Virus record (IMG/VR): IMGVR_UViG_3300009703_001822
Length of the DNA stretch: 64,000 nucleotides
DNA from: a virus
Strand: one strand, 5' to 3'
How positions within the stretch are numbered: position 1 is the stretch's first letter; each line of letters opens with the position of its first letter. Below the pieces are notes generated by a model that worked only from the letters and a program-made list of their open reading frames with translations, searched no databases and had not been told where the DNA came from. Positions 9,627-19,257 of this stretch are shown in pieces. The translations under genes were made by a program, and so were the position numbers.

Positions 9627-10283
9627 ATGAAATTAAGCAAACAAGCTCTTGATGTACTCAAGAACTTCGCAACAATTAACACGAACATTCTAGTTCGTGA
9701 GGGTAATACACTTTCTACAATTAGCACAGGTAAAAATATATTTGCTCGTGCTGAGATAACGGAAGCGTTCCCTAAAGAATTTGCAGTCTATGATTTAAAT
9801 AGCCTGCTTTCCCTACTTACTGTGATGGAAGATACTGATATTGACTTTGGAGATGAGAGTCTTACAGTTAGCAAAGGTAATGCTAAGTTTGAATACTTTT
9901 ATGCAGATCCTAATATTATTGTTAGTGCCCCTGATAAAAGTATTGAAGTAGATAACTTCTTTCAGTTTGACTTATCCAAAGATGACATTGACATGATCCT
10001 TAAGGCAGCAGCTATTACAGCAGCGCCTATGTTAAGCGTGATTGGTGATGGATCTGAGGTAGTTATTACAGTAGGTGACCCTGCTACACCTAAGTCTAAT
10101 TCCTTTAGACAAGTTATAGGCACAACAGACAAAACATTCGATGCTAGACTAGCGGTAGAAAACTTTAAGGTTGTTCCTGAGGGTTATACAGTTATCCTAT
10201 CCCAGAAGAAGTTTATGTTCCTGGAGAGTAGCAAAGGTGACTTAAAGTATTGGTTGGCGCTTGAGCGTTCTTCCACAATATAG
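9627..10283 (+). CDS. gp45: Sliding clamp (T4 gp45)
   Basis: MKLS...LKNFATIN...FAVYDLN...YWLALE. Confidence 0.95.
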   Translation: MKLSKQALDVLKNFATINTNILVREGNTLSTISTGKNIFARAEITEAFPKEFAVYDLNSLLSLLTVMEDTDIDFGDESLTVSKGNAKFEYFYADPNIIVSAPDKSIEVDNFFQFDLSKDDIDMILKAAAITAAPMLSVIGDGSEVVITVGDPATPKSNSFRQVIGTTDKTFDARLAVENFKVVPEGYTVILSQKKFMFLESSKGDLKYWLALERSSTI

Positions 10284-10292
10284 GAGACTGGC

Positions 10293-10475
10293 ATGAATGA
10301 AGATATGTTAGAAGTCACAATCCGTGAGGCAACCAATGGATGGATTGTTGAACTTAATAAGGAAGGGGAGACGGTAGAGTATATATTTACACGACCTAAC
10401 CCTGCAATTAATTTGGTTAGAAAAGTAATGAAAGGGGAACTAGATCCTTTCAATTTGGAGGAAGATAATGGCTAG
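10293..10475 (+). CDS. Hypothetical protein
   Basis: AGGAG RBS, 60 aa, IREATNGWIV. Confidence 0.7.
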   Translation: MNEDMLEVTIREATNGWIVELNKEGETVEYIFTRPNPAINLVRKVMKGELDPFNLEEDNG

Positions 10476-11076
10476 TTTAACACCAGTGGTTCCTGACTTT
10501 GAGATAAAGAAACTTTTATTTACAAGTTCAGGAGAAAATAGATGGGTGTCTATGACAAAGGAACAACTATTTACAGACAAGCGTGTCGTTGTATTTGGTT
10601 TGCCTGGTGCGTTTACACCTACATGTTCTACTCAGCAATTGCCTGGGTATGAAGAACTGTATTCTCAATTTAGAGATGCAGGTATTGATGACATTTATTG
10701 CGTTACAGTTAATGATACTTTCGTTTGTAGAGAGTGGACATTAGCTAATGAGATTAGAAATGTCAAAGTTATTCCTGATGGTAGTGCAGAGTTTACTATT
10801 AAGATGGGAATGGATGTTCGTAAGGACAACTTAGGATTTGGAATTCGCTCTTGGAGATATGCAGCTATTGTTGATAATAGTAATGTCATACAAGAATTTG
10901 TTGAAGAAGGTTTCCAAGACAACATGGATGGAGATCCTTATGAGGTTAGTGCACCTGAAAATGTACTAGACAATGTAAAGGCATATGGATGGCCAAGCAA
11001 GTATGAAGGTGACGAAGGTAAGCATATAGAACTAGACTTCTCAGAAACGACAGATGTCAAGGAGAAATTATCCTAG
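10468..11076 (+). CDS. Peroxiredoxin (Prx5/redoxin type)
   Basis: VVVFGLPGAFTPTCS active site, VNDTFV, RSWRYA. Confidence 0.93.
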   Translation: MASLTPVVPDFEIKKLLFTSSGENRWVSMTKEQLFTDKRVVVFGLPGAFTPTCSTQQLPGYEELYSQFRDAGIDDIYCVTVNDTFVCREWTLANEIRNVKVIPDGSAEFTIKMGMDVRKDNLGFGIRSWRYAAIVDNSNVIQEFVEEGFQDNMDGDPYEVSAPENVLDNVKAYGWPSKYEGDEGKHIELDFSETTDVKEKLS

Positions 11077-11149
11077 ACCTTTTTACCCTCGGAAAATATG
11101 GCCGACATTTTGGAGCAAAAAAAGTTCGCCAAATAATTAGGGAGACAGT

Positions 11150-12091
11150 ATGACAACACCACAACAATTTTTATGGGTAGAGAAATATAGACCCACGACA
11201 ATAGGAGATTGTATCTTACCTGAGAGTGTAAAGAAACAGTTCCAACAATTTATAGCAAAGGGAGAAGTTCCTAATCTATTATTAAGTGGAACAGCAGGCA
11301 CAGGTAAAACAACTATTGCACGCGCTTTATGTAATGAACTGAATTGTGATTACATTGTTATTAATGGTAGTGATGAAGGTAGGCAAATAGATACCCTCAG
11401 AACTAAGATTAAGCAGTTTGCGTCAGCAGTATCGTTTGAGGGTAAGACTAAGGTTGTTATACTAGATGAGGCGGACTATATGAACAGAGATAGTGTCCAG
11501 CCGGCCCTCAGAGGGTTCATAGAACACTTTGCTGAGAACTGTAGGTTTATATTTACATGTAACTATTCCAACAGGCTTATAGACCCGTTGCACAGTAGAA
11601 CAACGGTAATAGACTTCAAATTAGCACCCTCAGATCGCCCTGTATTAGCCTCTAAGTTCCTAAAAAGGATGGAGTATATACTTACAAATGAGGGTGTAGA
11701 GTACAATCAGAGGGTGCTCGCTGAGCTCCTAAACAAGCATTTTCCCGATTATAGAAGGGTTATAAACGAGTTACAGCGTTATTCTGTAGGGGGAAATATT
11801 GATGAAGGCATACTATCCAACTTCCAAGAAGTTAATGCTAAGGCCCTTTTAGAGGGTCTGAGAGAGAAGGACTGGCGTAAGATGAGGCAATGGGTAGCAA
11901 ACAATGTAGACACTGACCCTCAGGCTATATTTAGGCAGATATATGATATACTGCTCCCTGAGGTTAAAAGTCCAGCTAGGCTAGTATTGGATATTGCAGA
12001 TTATCAGTACAAAGCAGCTTTCGTAGCAGATCAAGAGATTAACTTGACTGCTTGTTTAACACAGATAATGGTAGATTCGGAGTTTAAGTAA
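11150..12091 (+). CDS. gp44: Clamp loader large subunit (T4 gp44)
   Basis: LWVEKYRP, GTAGTGKTT, ILDEAD, PLHSR. Confidence 0.96.
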   Translation: MTTPQQFLWVEKYRPTTIGDCILPESVKKQFQQFIAKGEVPNLLLSGTAGTGKTTIARALCNELNCDYIVINGSDEGRQIDTLRTKIKQFASAVSFEGKTKVVILDEADYMNRDSVQPALRGFIEHFAENCRFIFTCNYSNRLIDPLHSRTTVIDFKLAPSDRPVLASKFLKRMEYILTNEGVEYNQRVLAELLNKHFPDYRRVINELQRYSVGGNIDEGILSNFQEVNAKALLEGLREKDWRKMRQWVANNVDTDPQAIFRQIYDILLPEVKSPARLVLDIADYQYKAAFVADQEINLTACLTQIMVDSEFK

Positions 12092-12189
12092 TGGCACAAC
12101 CACAACAACAACAAGAACCAAGATACACTCCTCAGGAGTGGGAAATAATTAAAAAACAACAACAAGATCCGAGGCATAATCAAGAATAA
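12091..12189 (+). CDS. Small Gln-rich hypothetical protein (32 aa, not in ORF track)
   Basis: MAQPQQQQEPRYTPQEWEIIKKQQQDPRHNQE; TAATG overlaps at both ends. Confidence 0.5.
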   Translation: MAQPQQQQEPRYTPQEWEIIKKQQQDPRHNQE

Positions 12190-12341
12190 TGGCAAAAGAC
12201 GCTTGGGTACAAATTCGTGTAGAAAAGGCCAAAAGAGAAGAAATTAAACAAGAGGCCAAAAAAAGGAACATTAGCGTTTCTGAGCTAATGTTGGAAGGAT
12301 ATGAAACACTCAAAGAAGGCAAATATATTGACTTTAAGTAG
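12189..12341 (+). CDS. Ribbon-helix-helix (CopG/Arc-like) DNA-binding protein (50 aa, not in ORF track)
   Basis: MAKDAWVQIRVEKAKREEIKQEAKKRNISVSELMLEGYETLKEGKYIDFK: alternating strand, helix, then SVSEL helix. Confidence 0.65.
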   Translation: MAKDAWVQIRVEKAKREEIKQEAKKRNISVSELMLEGYETLKEGKYIDFK

Positions 12342-12492
12342 ATTATGGAGATTGTGGTGTTTATCATTAGGCGACAAAGCAAGTGATGATTCCAATGAAG
12401 CAGATCAGATTGCTATTATGAGGACTATTGTAGTTTTAGTAAATTTTGCTACATGTTTCTTTATTGTAGCAGGTGTATTAAGGCATTGGTAA
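12301..12492 (+). CDS. Small membrane protein
   Basis: WRLWCLSLGDKA...FFIVAGVLRHW with C-terminal TM; true start may be TTG 12328. Confidence 0.65.
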   Translation: MKHSKKANILTLSRLWRLWCLSLGDKASDDSNEADQIAIMRTIVVLVNFATCFFIVAGVLRHW

Positions 12493-12493
12493 T

Positions 12494-12952
12494 ATGACAG
12501 ACGCAATATTAGAAGGATTTGGCGATCCTATTAAAGAAATAGATGAAAGTGAGTTTGAACACAAACTCAAGAAGATATCTCCTTTTGATTATGCTAATAG
12601 TATCTACAATAAAGATAATTTAATGATTGATGAAAGGACAGAAAAAGAATATAATCCGTTTATTGTAAATCGTGCAATGGGCTTTGGTAAAGACACATGC
12701 ATTGCCGCTAATGAAATGAATTCCAGACCACATTTAGATAATAAACTACAATATGACTTTCTTATGGATGTCGTAAGGAAAGGCAAGCGTTATAATAAGT
12801 GGCTAAAAAGTGAAGAAGAAAATATAGAAGCAATACAAAAATTCTTCGGTTATTCGTTTATTAAGGCAAAGGAAACACTAAATCTGTTAAGTGATACACA
12901 GATTGATATCATAAAAGTATATTTGGAGAACTCAAAAGGCGGAAAGGCATAA
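12494..12952 (+). CDS. gp62: Clamp loader small subunit (T4 gp62)
   Basis: YNPFIVNRAM...ANEMN...LQYDFL...KGG. Confidence 0.92.
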   Translation: MTDAILEGFGDPIKEIDESEFEHKLKKISPFDYANSIYNKDNLMIDERTEKEYNPFIVNRAMGFGKDTCIAANEMNSRPHLDNKLQYDFLMDVVRKGKRYNKWLKSEEENIEAIQKFFGYSFIKAKETLNLLSDTQIDIIKVYLENSKGGKA

Positions 12953-13001
12953 ATACCTGTAGTAACTTAATTATTTAAAAACATACAGGCAATTTATTGA
13001 A

Positions 13002-13421
13002 ATGAGTGATCAAGAGAATTACTTTAACATAGACTATCCAGGGTATTCACCCCTAGAAGTTTCCTTAAATGACTCAGAAGATTTTTTGAAAGTCAGGGAA
13101 ACTTTATCTCGGATTGGAGTAGCTTCTAAAAAGGACAAGGTCCTTTATCAGTCATGCCATATTCTACACAAGAAAGGTAGGTACTTTATAACACACTTTA
13201 AAGAACTATTTGCTCTTGATGGCAAGGAAGCAGACTTTCAAGATAACGATTTACAAAGACGAAATACTATTGCTAAACTTTTACAAGATTGGGGTTTAGT
13301 AAGTATTATGACAGAGGTAGAAGATTACGCACCTCTAAGTCAGATTAAGATTATATCGTTTAAAGAGAAAGGTGAGTGGGAGCTAATCCCCAAATACAAC
13401 ATTGGAAAGAAAGTTAAATAA
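13002..13421 (+). CDS. regA: Translational repressor RegA
   Basis: FLKVRETLSRIG...LYQSCHILHKKGRYFITHFKELFALDG. Confidence 0.96.
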   Translation: MSDQENYFNIDYPGYSPLEVSLNDSEDFLKVRETLSRIGVASKKDKVLYQSCHILHKKGRYFITHFKELFALDGKEADFQDNDLQRRNTIAKLLQDWGLVSIMTEVEDYAPLSQIKIISFKEKGEWELIPKYNIGKKVK

Positions 13422-14685
13422 AAACCAGATACAAGCCCTTCAAATCATAAAGGACGAACAGGACAATGTAGGGCCTGGTTTCTGCGTGCTAAAATGGTAT
13501 CATTTAGAAATGCACTTAGGAACAGGCGAAAGTCATTCTTGTTATCATTGCCCCACACAAAAAATTCCACTAGGAGCTGACTTACACAATACACCTCAAA
13601 AAATAGAAAAAAGAGCTGAGATGTTGCAAGGCAACAAACCTTCAGAGTGCTCTTATTGTTGGGAGGTAGAGGATCTTGATTTAATCTCAGATAGACAAAC
13701 TCTTGCAGTACAATTTTTTAAACATAATCGAGATATAGTAAAAGAGGCAACTGATGCTGGCTTAGGTTATGTTTATCCTAAATATTTAGAATTATCTTTC
13801 ACCAATAAATGTCAAATGGCATGCAGTTATTGTGGACCTACATTTAGCACAGCATGGGGAAAAGAAATAGATGAGCATGGACCTTATAATTTATCTAAAC
13901 CTTATAATTTACCTCAAACACCACAACTAGAAAACTCTCCCTATGTATCTAAGTTTTGGAAATGGTTTCCACAAGCATACGAACATTTATTTACTCTTAG
14001 AGTAACAGGAGGTGAACCTTTATTAGATAAGAATACATATAAACTTCTAGAATATGTTAAAGAGCATCCTAGAAAAGGATTAACATTTCATTGTAATTCT
14101 AATCTTATGGTTTCAGCAAATAGAGTACAAAAATATATTGACCTAGTAAAAGATGTGCCTAATACAAAACTTTATGCCAGTGTTGACTCATGGGGAAAAG
14201 AAGCAGAGTATATTAGACATGGTTTAGACATAGATCATTTTGAGGAAAATTTAATTAGATTATTAGCACAAGGAATACATGTAGGTATTATGTGTACATT
14301 TAATTTTTTATCTATTCCTAATCTTAGTGGTTTTATATTTAAGATGGCAGAACTTAAAATACAATTTGGAGATTTAATAACAATTGATATGCCTTATATG
14401 GTTTCTCCAGCACACCTTTCAGCACAAATTTCTGATGATACTCATATAAGTATAATGGAAGAAGGATTAAAAGAAATGCAACTTTATCCTTTTTCTTTAG
14501 GCGAAATAGAAAAATTTAAAAAGACTGTAGGTTGGATAAAGGCAAATAGATTTCAAGATTTAGAACTACTAAAACACAGAAGAGATTTTTGGCATTTTGT
14601 ATATGAACATGATAAAAGAAGAGGCACAAATATTAAAGATGCCTTTCCTGATTTAGGATTTGATAATGATAAACTTCGAGGGTAA
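13402..14685 (+). CDS. Radical SAM protein with N-terminal twitch/SPASM-like Cys cluster
   Basis: CQMACSYC, TGGEPLL; N-terminal FCVLKW...SCYHC...CSYCW. Confidence 0.85.
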   Translation: MERKLNKNQIQALQIIKDEQDNVGPGFCVLKWYHLEMHLGTGESHSCYHCPTQKIPLGADLHNTPQKIEKRAEMLQGNKPSECSYCWEVEDLDLISDRQTLAVQFFKHNRDIVKEATDAGLGYVYPKYLELSFTNKCQMACSYCGPTFSTAWGKEIDEHGPYNLSKPYNLPQTPQLENSPYVSKFWKWFPQAYEHLFTLRVTGGEPLLDKNTYKLLEYVKEHPRKGLTFHCNSNLMVSANRVQKYIDLVKDVPNTKLYASVDSWGKEAEYIRHGLDIDHFEENLIRLLAQGIHVGIMCTFNFLSIPNLSGFIFKMAELKIQFGDLITIDMPYMVSPAHLSAQISDDTHISIMEEGLKEMQLYPFSLGEIEKFKKTVGWIKANRFQDLELLKHRRDFWHFVYEHDKRRGTNIKDAFPDLGFDNDKLRG

Positions 14686-15337
14686 ATACTCAATATATAG
14701 CGCTAACAATCCTTTTATAGCAGTGGTAGATAATTTACTACCTGATGATGTAATAGATGAATTAGCAAAAGATATAGATGAGCAGTGTAATTTTGAAAGA
14801 GCAAAGGTAGTATCAGAAGATGGTGGTTCTAAAGAGCATTATAGTAGGACAAATAAAGTAGCCAATAATTCACTTGACTACAACAAATCTCAAGCAGCAC
14901 AAAACTTTTTAAAAATTGCGAGTATGCTTATTCGCTTACACCCTTCACAGGCAGAACCTTTACAGATAGTCAAATATGATTTAGGTGAACAATACGAACC
15001 TCATAGTGATTGCTTTACACAAGAAACATTAACAAAAAACAAACCAGAAGCAGGACAAAGAATAGCAACAGTATTATTATATTTAAATGATGTTGTAGAG
15101 GGAGGTTATACATCATTCCCTAATATGAATATATCTGTAGAACCTAGAAAAGGTAGAGCTATAGTCTTTACTACAACACATACAGGAACAGAAAAACCTC
15201 TTGATTTAGCCAATCATGGCGCTGAAATGGTTATTAGAGGTGAAAAAACAGCAGTAAATTTATGGTTTAGAACTGGTGTATATAACCAGGAACTCTACCA
15301 AAAAATGGAAGAACAAAGTGCAAACTCTTATAAATAG
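14666..15337 (+). CDS. 2OG-Fe(II) oxygenase, prolyl-4-hydroxylase-like
   Basis: EPLQIVKY, HSD, RIATVLLYLNDVVEGGYTSFP, distal H and K. Confidence 0.9.
   Translation: MINFEGKYSIYSANNPFIAVVDNLLPDDVIDELAKDIDEQCNFERAKVVSEDGGSKEHYSRTNKVANNSLDYNKSQAAQNFLKIASMLIRLHPSQAEPLQIVKYDLGEQYEPHSDCFTQETLTKNKPEAGQRIATVLLYLNDVVEGGYTSFPNMNISVEPRKGRAIVFTTTHTGTEKPLDLANHGAEMVIRGEKTAVNLWFRTGVYNQELYQKMEEQSANSYK
15329..15336 (+). promoter_or_regulatory. T4-type late promoter
   Basis: TATAAATA upstream of the hsp20 leader. Confidence 0.7.
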
Positions 15338-15481
15338 TAATTGGAAAGGAAGGAATACCTTGTTTTTAGATGCCGTCGCTTTCGAGCATAGGATTCTTTT
15401 AACTTGGGCGTCCTTCTGGACCACTAGATGCCGAAAGGGTCTTGGTATATTAACCTTGCTAACTAATAGGAGGAAACTAAA
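15337..15481 (+). promoter_or_regulatory. Structured hsp20 5' UTR with ROSE-like thermometer hairpin
   Basis: CCTTGCT (15454-15460) can pair with SD AGGAGG (15468-15473); upstream UUCG and GAAA tetraloop hairpins. Confidence 0.6.
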
Positions 15482-15928
15482 ATGGTAAGATTAAACACGA
15501 CTAACTGGAACGATTTTGTTTCAGCATTCCCACAAGTAGAAAGTAGATTGATTGGATTTGACAGAGTATTTGATGCTGTTACCAAACTTCACACCGTTGA
15601 AGGCGGACAATCTAATTCTTTCCCACCTTATAATATTAAAAAACTAGACGCTGAGAATTATGAAATTCAAATTGCTCTTGCAGGCTTTAGTAAGTCTGAA
15701 TTAGATATTGTTGTGGAAGACGGCAACCTTGTCGTTAAAGGTGAACAAGAGAAATCAGAAGATGAATTCTTGCACAAAGGAATTGCAGAACGCAATTTCA
15801 CTAGAACATGGGCATTAGCAGATGATGTTAAAGTTACAAGTTCTAAATTGAAAGATGGAGTATTATCTATTTCTTTGGTACATGAAATACCTGAGGAAAA
15901 GAAACCTACTTCGATAGAAATTAAATAA
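15482..15928 (+). CDS. hsp20: Small heat-shock protein Hsp20 (IbpA-like)
   Basis: FPPYNI, IALAGF, FLHKGIAERNF, LKDGVLSI, IEI. Confidence 0.95.
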   Translation: MVRLNTTNWNDFVSAFPQVESRLIGFDRVFDAVTKLHTVEGGQSNSFPPYNIKKLDAENYEIQIALAGFSKSELDIVVEDGNLVVKGEQEKSEDEFLHKGIAERNFTRTWALADDVKVTSSKLKDGVLSISLVHEIPEEKKPTSIEIK

Positions 15929-15947
15929 TTAATAGGAGAGAAGGAGC

Positions 15948-16298
15948 ATGTCAAACATTCAAATCGTTAAACTTACAACAGGCGAGGATTTAATAGGTGA
16001 TGTTACTGAATCTGAAATAGACGGAAGAGGTTTTCTAGTTATAGATAAACCTGCAATTATCATGATGATGCCTAAACCTGGAAGTGATACTGATTTTGGC
16101 GTGGGACTTGCTCCTTACGCTCCCTTCAGTAAAGATCACAAAGTACCAATTTTTCCAACTCATGTAGTGTCTATATATGATCCCGGTAAAGAAATGCTAA
16201 ACTCATACAATTCCAAATATGGATCAGGACTTGTTCAGCCAGACTTTATAAATAAAAAGGTGTTGAACGAGGCGAAAGCCAATCCTAAAGGAAAGTAA
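15948..16298 (+). CDS. T4-like conserved hypothetical protein
   Basis: IVKLTTGEDLIG...YNSKYGSGL pattern typical of the gene after hsp20. Confidence 0.7.
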   Translation: MSNIQIVKLTTGEDLIGDVTESEIDGRGFLVIDKPAIIMMMPKPGSDTDFGVGLAPYAPFSKDHKVPIFPTHVVSIYDPGKEMLNSYNSKYGSGLVQPDFINKKVLNEAKANPKGK

Positions 16299-16700
16299 AT
16301 GTATGAATACAGAATAAATATTGCTAAAATAATAGACGGAGATACAGTAGATGTGGACATTGACCTCGGTTTCGGTGTCTGGCTCAAGAAGCAGAGAATA
16401 CGATTGTATGGGATTGATACTCCCGAAAGTAGAACCCGTGACCTCGACGAAAAAAGATATGGACTCATGGCGAAGAAGTTCCTTACGGAACAAATCAAAG
16501 ATGGAGCTATACTCAAAACAAGGCTCGATAAAAAAGGAAAATACGGTAGGATACTTGGTGAATTTATTAGTTTAGATGGTAATACAAATATCAATGAACT
16601 AATGATACACAAACATCATGCTGTTTCTTATCATGGCGCAAGTAAAGCAGATATAGCAGAAGGCCACTTGCGTAATAGGACCAGAGTTAAAGAAATCTAA
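16299..16700 (+). CDS. Thermonuclease (SNase) family nuclease
   Basis: IIDGDTVDV, RIRLYGIDTPE, GKYGRILG; late promoter TATAAATA at 16247-16254. Confidence 0.9.
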   Translation: MYEYRINIAKIIDGDTVDVDIDLGFGVWLKKQRIRLYGIDTPESRTRDLDEKRYGLMAKKFLTEQIKDGAILKTRLDKKGKYGRILGEFISLDGNTNINELMIHKHHAVSYHGASKADIAEGHLRNRTRVKEI

Positions 16701-16729
16701 TTGACTCTAGGTTCGAAAGAGCCTATAAT
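16701..16729 (+). promoter_or_regulatory. sigma70-type promoter for gp43
   Basis: TTGACT-17 bp-TATAAT. Confidence 0.85.
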
Positions 16730-16755
16730 GTGTATATTATGATTAAGGTGTTGTT

Positions 16756-19257
16756 ATGAACTTTTATACTTATGCTAGACATTACGGGGACAAAATATTG
16801 TTCCGAGGTGTCGACTCAGATGGTAGTAGAGTAACTGCCAGACGAGATTTTAGACCTACATTATTTGTTAAGTCTGACAAACCCTCTAAATACAGATCTA
16901 TATATGGCGAACAAGTGTCGCCTATTAGCTTCGACAATAATAAGGAGGCAACTGCCTTCTTTGACAGATACAAAGATGTGGAAAACTATCCTATCTTTGG
17001 ACAAAACTATTACGCATACCAATACATCACCGAGAAATATCCTGGTGTTGTAGCATGGGATGCTAAGCACATAGCCATTTACTCTATTGATATTGAAACA
17101 ACGAGTGAAGGTGGCTTCCCGAATGTGGACTCTCCTAGCGAGAAGGTGTTAGTTATAACTCTACAAAACAACAACACCAAGAAGATAACAACCTTTGGTC
17201 TGGGAGAGTTCACTCCAACTGAAACTACAAGTCATTTAGATATAGATTATATCAAGTGTGAAACTGAGGCAGAATTATTAGAATCTTTCCTCTCATGGTG
17301 GGAGGATAATTGTCCTGATATTATTACAGGTTGGAATAGTAATTTGTTTGACATGCCTTATCTTATTACAAGAACAGTTAGGGTACTAGGTGAGAACGAA
17401 CACAAAAGATTCTCTCCTTTTAAGTTAATTAACAAACGCCCTATTAGGTTTGCAGCAGGTAGGGAGATGACAGCATTTGAAATTACAGGTGTTGCACAAT
17501 TAGATTATTTAGACTTATATAAGAAGTTTACTTATGTGACTCGAGAGTCTTATAAACTAGACTTTATTGCAGAGACAGAACTAGGTAAAAGAAAACTAGA
17601 GTCAGGCTTTGACACATTTAAAGAGTTCTATGAGAAAGATTGGAATAGGTTTGTAGAATATAATATTATAGATACAGTTCTTGTTGATGAGTTAGAAGAT
17701 AAAATGAAACTTATTGAACTTGCTATTACAATGGCATATGATGCCAAGTGTAATTATAATGATGTATTCTCAGCAGTTAGAACCTGGGATAGTTTACTCT
17801 ACAATCATTTGTGGGAGAAGGACATTGTTATACACCAAGGTGGTGGTAGAAAAGATAGACAAATAGAAGGTGCTTTTGTACAAGAACCTGTCCCTGGAGG
17901 TTATGATTGGGTGGCAAGTTTCGATGCTACAAGTCTATATCCTTCTATCCTTATGCAACATAACATGAGTCCTGAAACTATTGTTCCTGGATTTAAATAT
18001 GATGTAACAGTAGACGATCAACTAGATAGATATCAGTTAGATAAACTTAAGGAAAAGAACTATACTATGGCAGGCAATGGTTCCTGTTATACAAGGGACA
18101 AGCGAGGTTTGTTTCCTGAGATTGTACAAAAGTTCTTTGATGACAGATTAAGATACAAGAAACTAATGCAGAAGGCACAAGCAGACTTTCAAGAAACAGG
18201 TGCCTTACATCACAAGAATGAGATATCTAAATACAACAATTTCCAGATGGCTAGAAAGATTCAACTAAACAGCTTATATGGTGCCCTTGCTAATCAGTAT
18301 TTTAGATTCTATGATGATAGAATAGCAGAAGGCATTACAATGTCAGGACAATTAATTATTCGAGATACTGCTAAGGCTCTCGATGCCTATATGAACAAAG
18401 TATGTGGCACAGATGACAAAGTATATTCTTTTTATAGTGATACTGACTCTTGCTATGTAACTTGTAAGAACATGGTAGATAACTTCTTCCCTGACAAGGA
18501 TACTTCTAAAATTACAGAACTCCTAGATAAGATAGGAACAGATAAGATAGAGCCTGCTATAGATCAGGCAATGATTAAACTTGCTAATTACACTAATGCC
18601 TTTGAAAAGAAAATATTCTTCAAGCGTGAGGTTATCGCAGACAAAGGTGTGTTTGTGGCAAAGAAAAGATATGCCTTGAATGTATTAGATGATGAAGGAC
18701 TAAGACTAAAAGATCCTAAACTAAAGGTTATGGGTTTAGAAATTGTAAGGTCCTCGACACCAGGTCCTGTTCGAGATAGTTTGAAAGAGGCAGTTCGTCT
18801 TGTACTTACTTCTGAGGAAGAGGAGTTACATGATTATATCGAGAAAACAAAAGCAGAGTTCAACGCCCTGGCAGCTGAGGATATTGCCTTTCCTAGAGGT
18901 TGTAATAATTTGCGGAAGTACTATTCTTCCTCAGATATTTACACAAAAGGCACACCTATACATGTCCGAGGCAGTTTACTCTACAACAATCTAATTAAGA
19001 AAAATAATTTGTTTGTTAAGTATGAACAGATACAAGAAGGTGATAAGATTAAATTCTTATACTTGAAGGAACCTAACAATATAGGCGAGAATACTATTGC
19101 CTTTGTTACAAAACTACCTTCAGAGTTTGATGTTCATAAGTATGTAGACTATGATTTAATATTTGAAAAAGCATTTGTGGAACCTTTAAAGAACATTCTC
19201 AATCCTATAGGCTGGAATACAGAACCACAAGCAACATTGGAGGACTTGTTTAGATGA
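16756..19257 (+). CDS. gp43: Family B DNA polymerase (T4 gp43)
   Basis: DIET exonuclease, SFDATSLYPS, KIQLNSLYG, YSDTDS, KKRYAL, C-terminal clamp-binding TLEDLF. Confidence 0.98.
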   Translation: MNFYTYARHYGDKILFRGVDSDGSRVTARRDFRPTLFVKSDKPSKYRSIYGEQVSPISFDNNKEATAFFDRYKDVENYPIFGQNYYAYQYITEKYPGVVAWDAKHIAIYSIDIETTSEGGFPNVDSPSEKVLVITLQNNNTKKITTFGLGEFTPTETTSHLDIDYIKCETEAELLESFLSWWEDNCPDIITGWNSNLFDMPYLITRTVRVLGENEHKRFSPFKLINKRPIRFAAGREMTAFEITGVAQLDYLDLYKKFTYVTRESYKLDFIAETELGKRKLESGFDTFKEFYEKDWNRFVEYNIIDTVLVDELEDKMKLIELAITMAYDAKCNYNDVFSAVRTWDSLLYNHLWEKDIVIHQGGGRKDRQIEGAFVQEPVPGGYDWVASFDATSLYPSILMQHNMSPETIVPGFKYDVTVDDQLDRYQLDKLKEKNYTMAGNGSCYTRDKRGLFPEIVQKFFDDRLRYKKLMQKAQADFQETGALHHKNEISKYNNFQMARKIQLNSLYGALANQYFRFYDDRIAEGITMSGQLIIRDTAKALDAYMNKVCGTDDKVYSFYSDTDSCYVTCKNMVDNFFPDKDTSKITELLDKIGTDKIEPAIDQAMIKLANYTNAFEKKIFFKREVIADKGVFVAKKRYALNVLDDEGLRLKDPKLKVMGLEIVRSSTPGPVRDSLKEAVRLVLTSEEEELHDYIEKTKAEFNALAAEDIAFPRGCNNLRKYYSSSDIYTKGTPIHVRGSLLYNNLIKKNNLFVKYEQIQEGDKIKFLYLKEPNNIGENTIAFVTKLPSEFDVHKYVDYDLIFEKAFVEPLKNILNPIGWNTEPQATLEDLFR

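Noticed and set aside
15276-15488. 70-aa ORF over the hsp20 leader
   Set aside because: No RBS or recognisable motif; the region is better explained as a structured UTR
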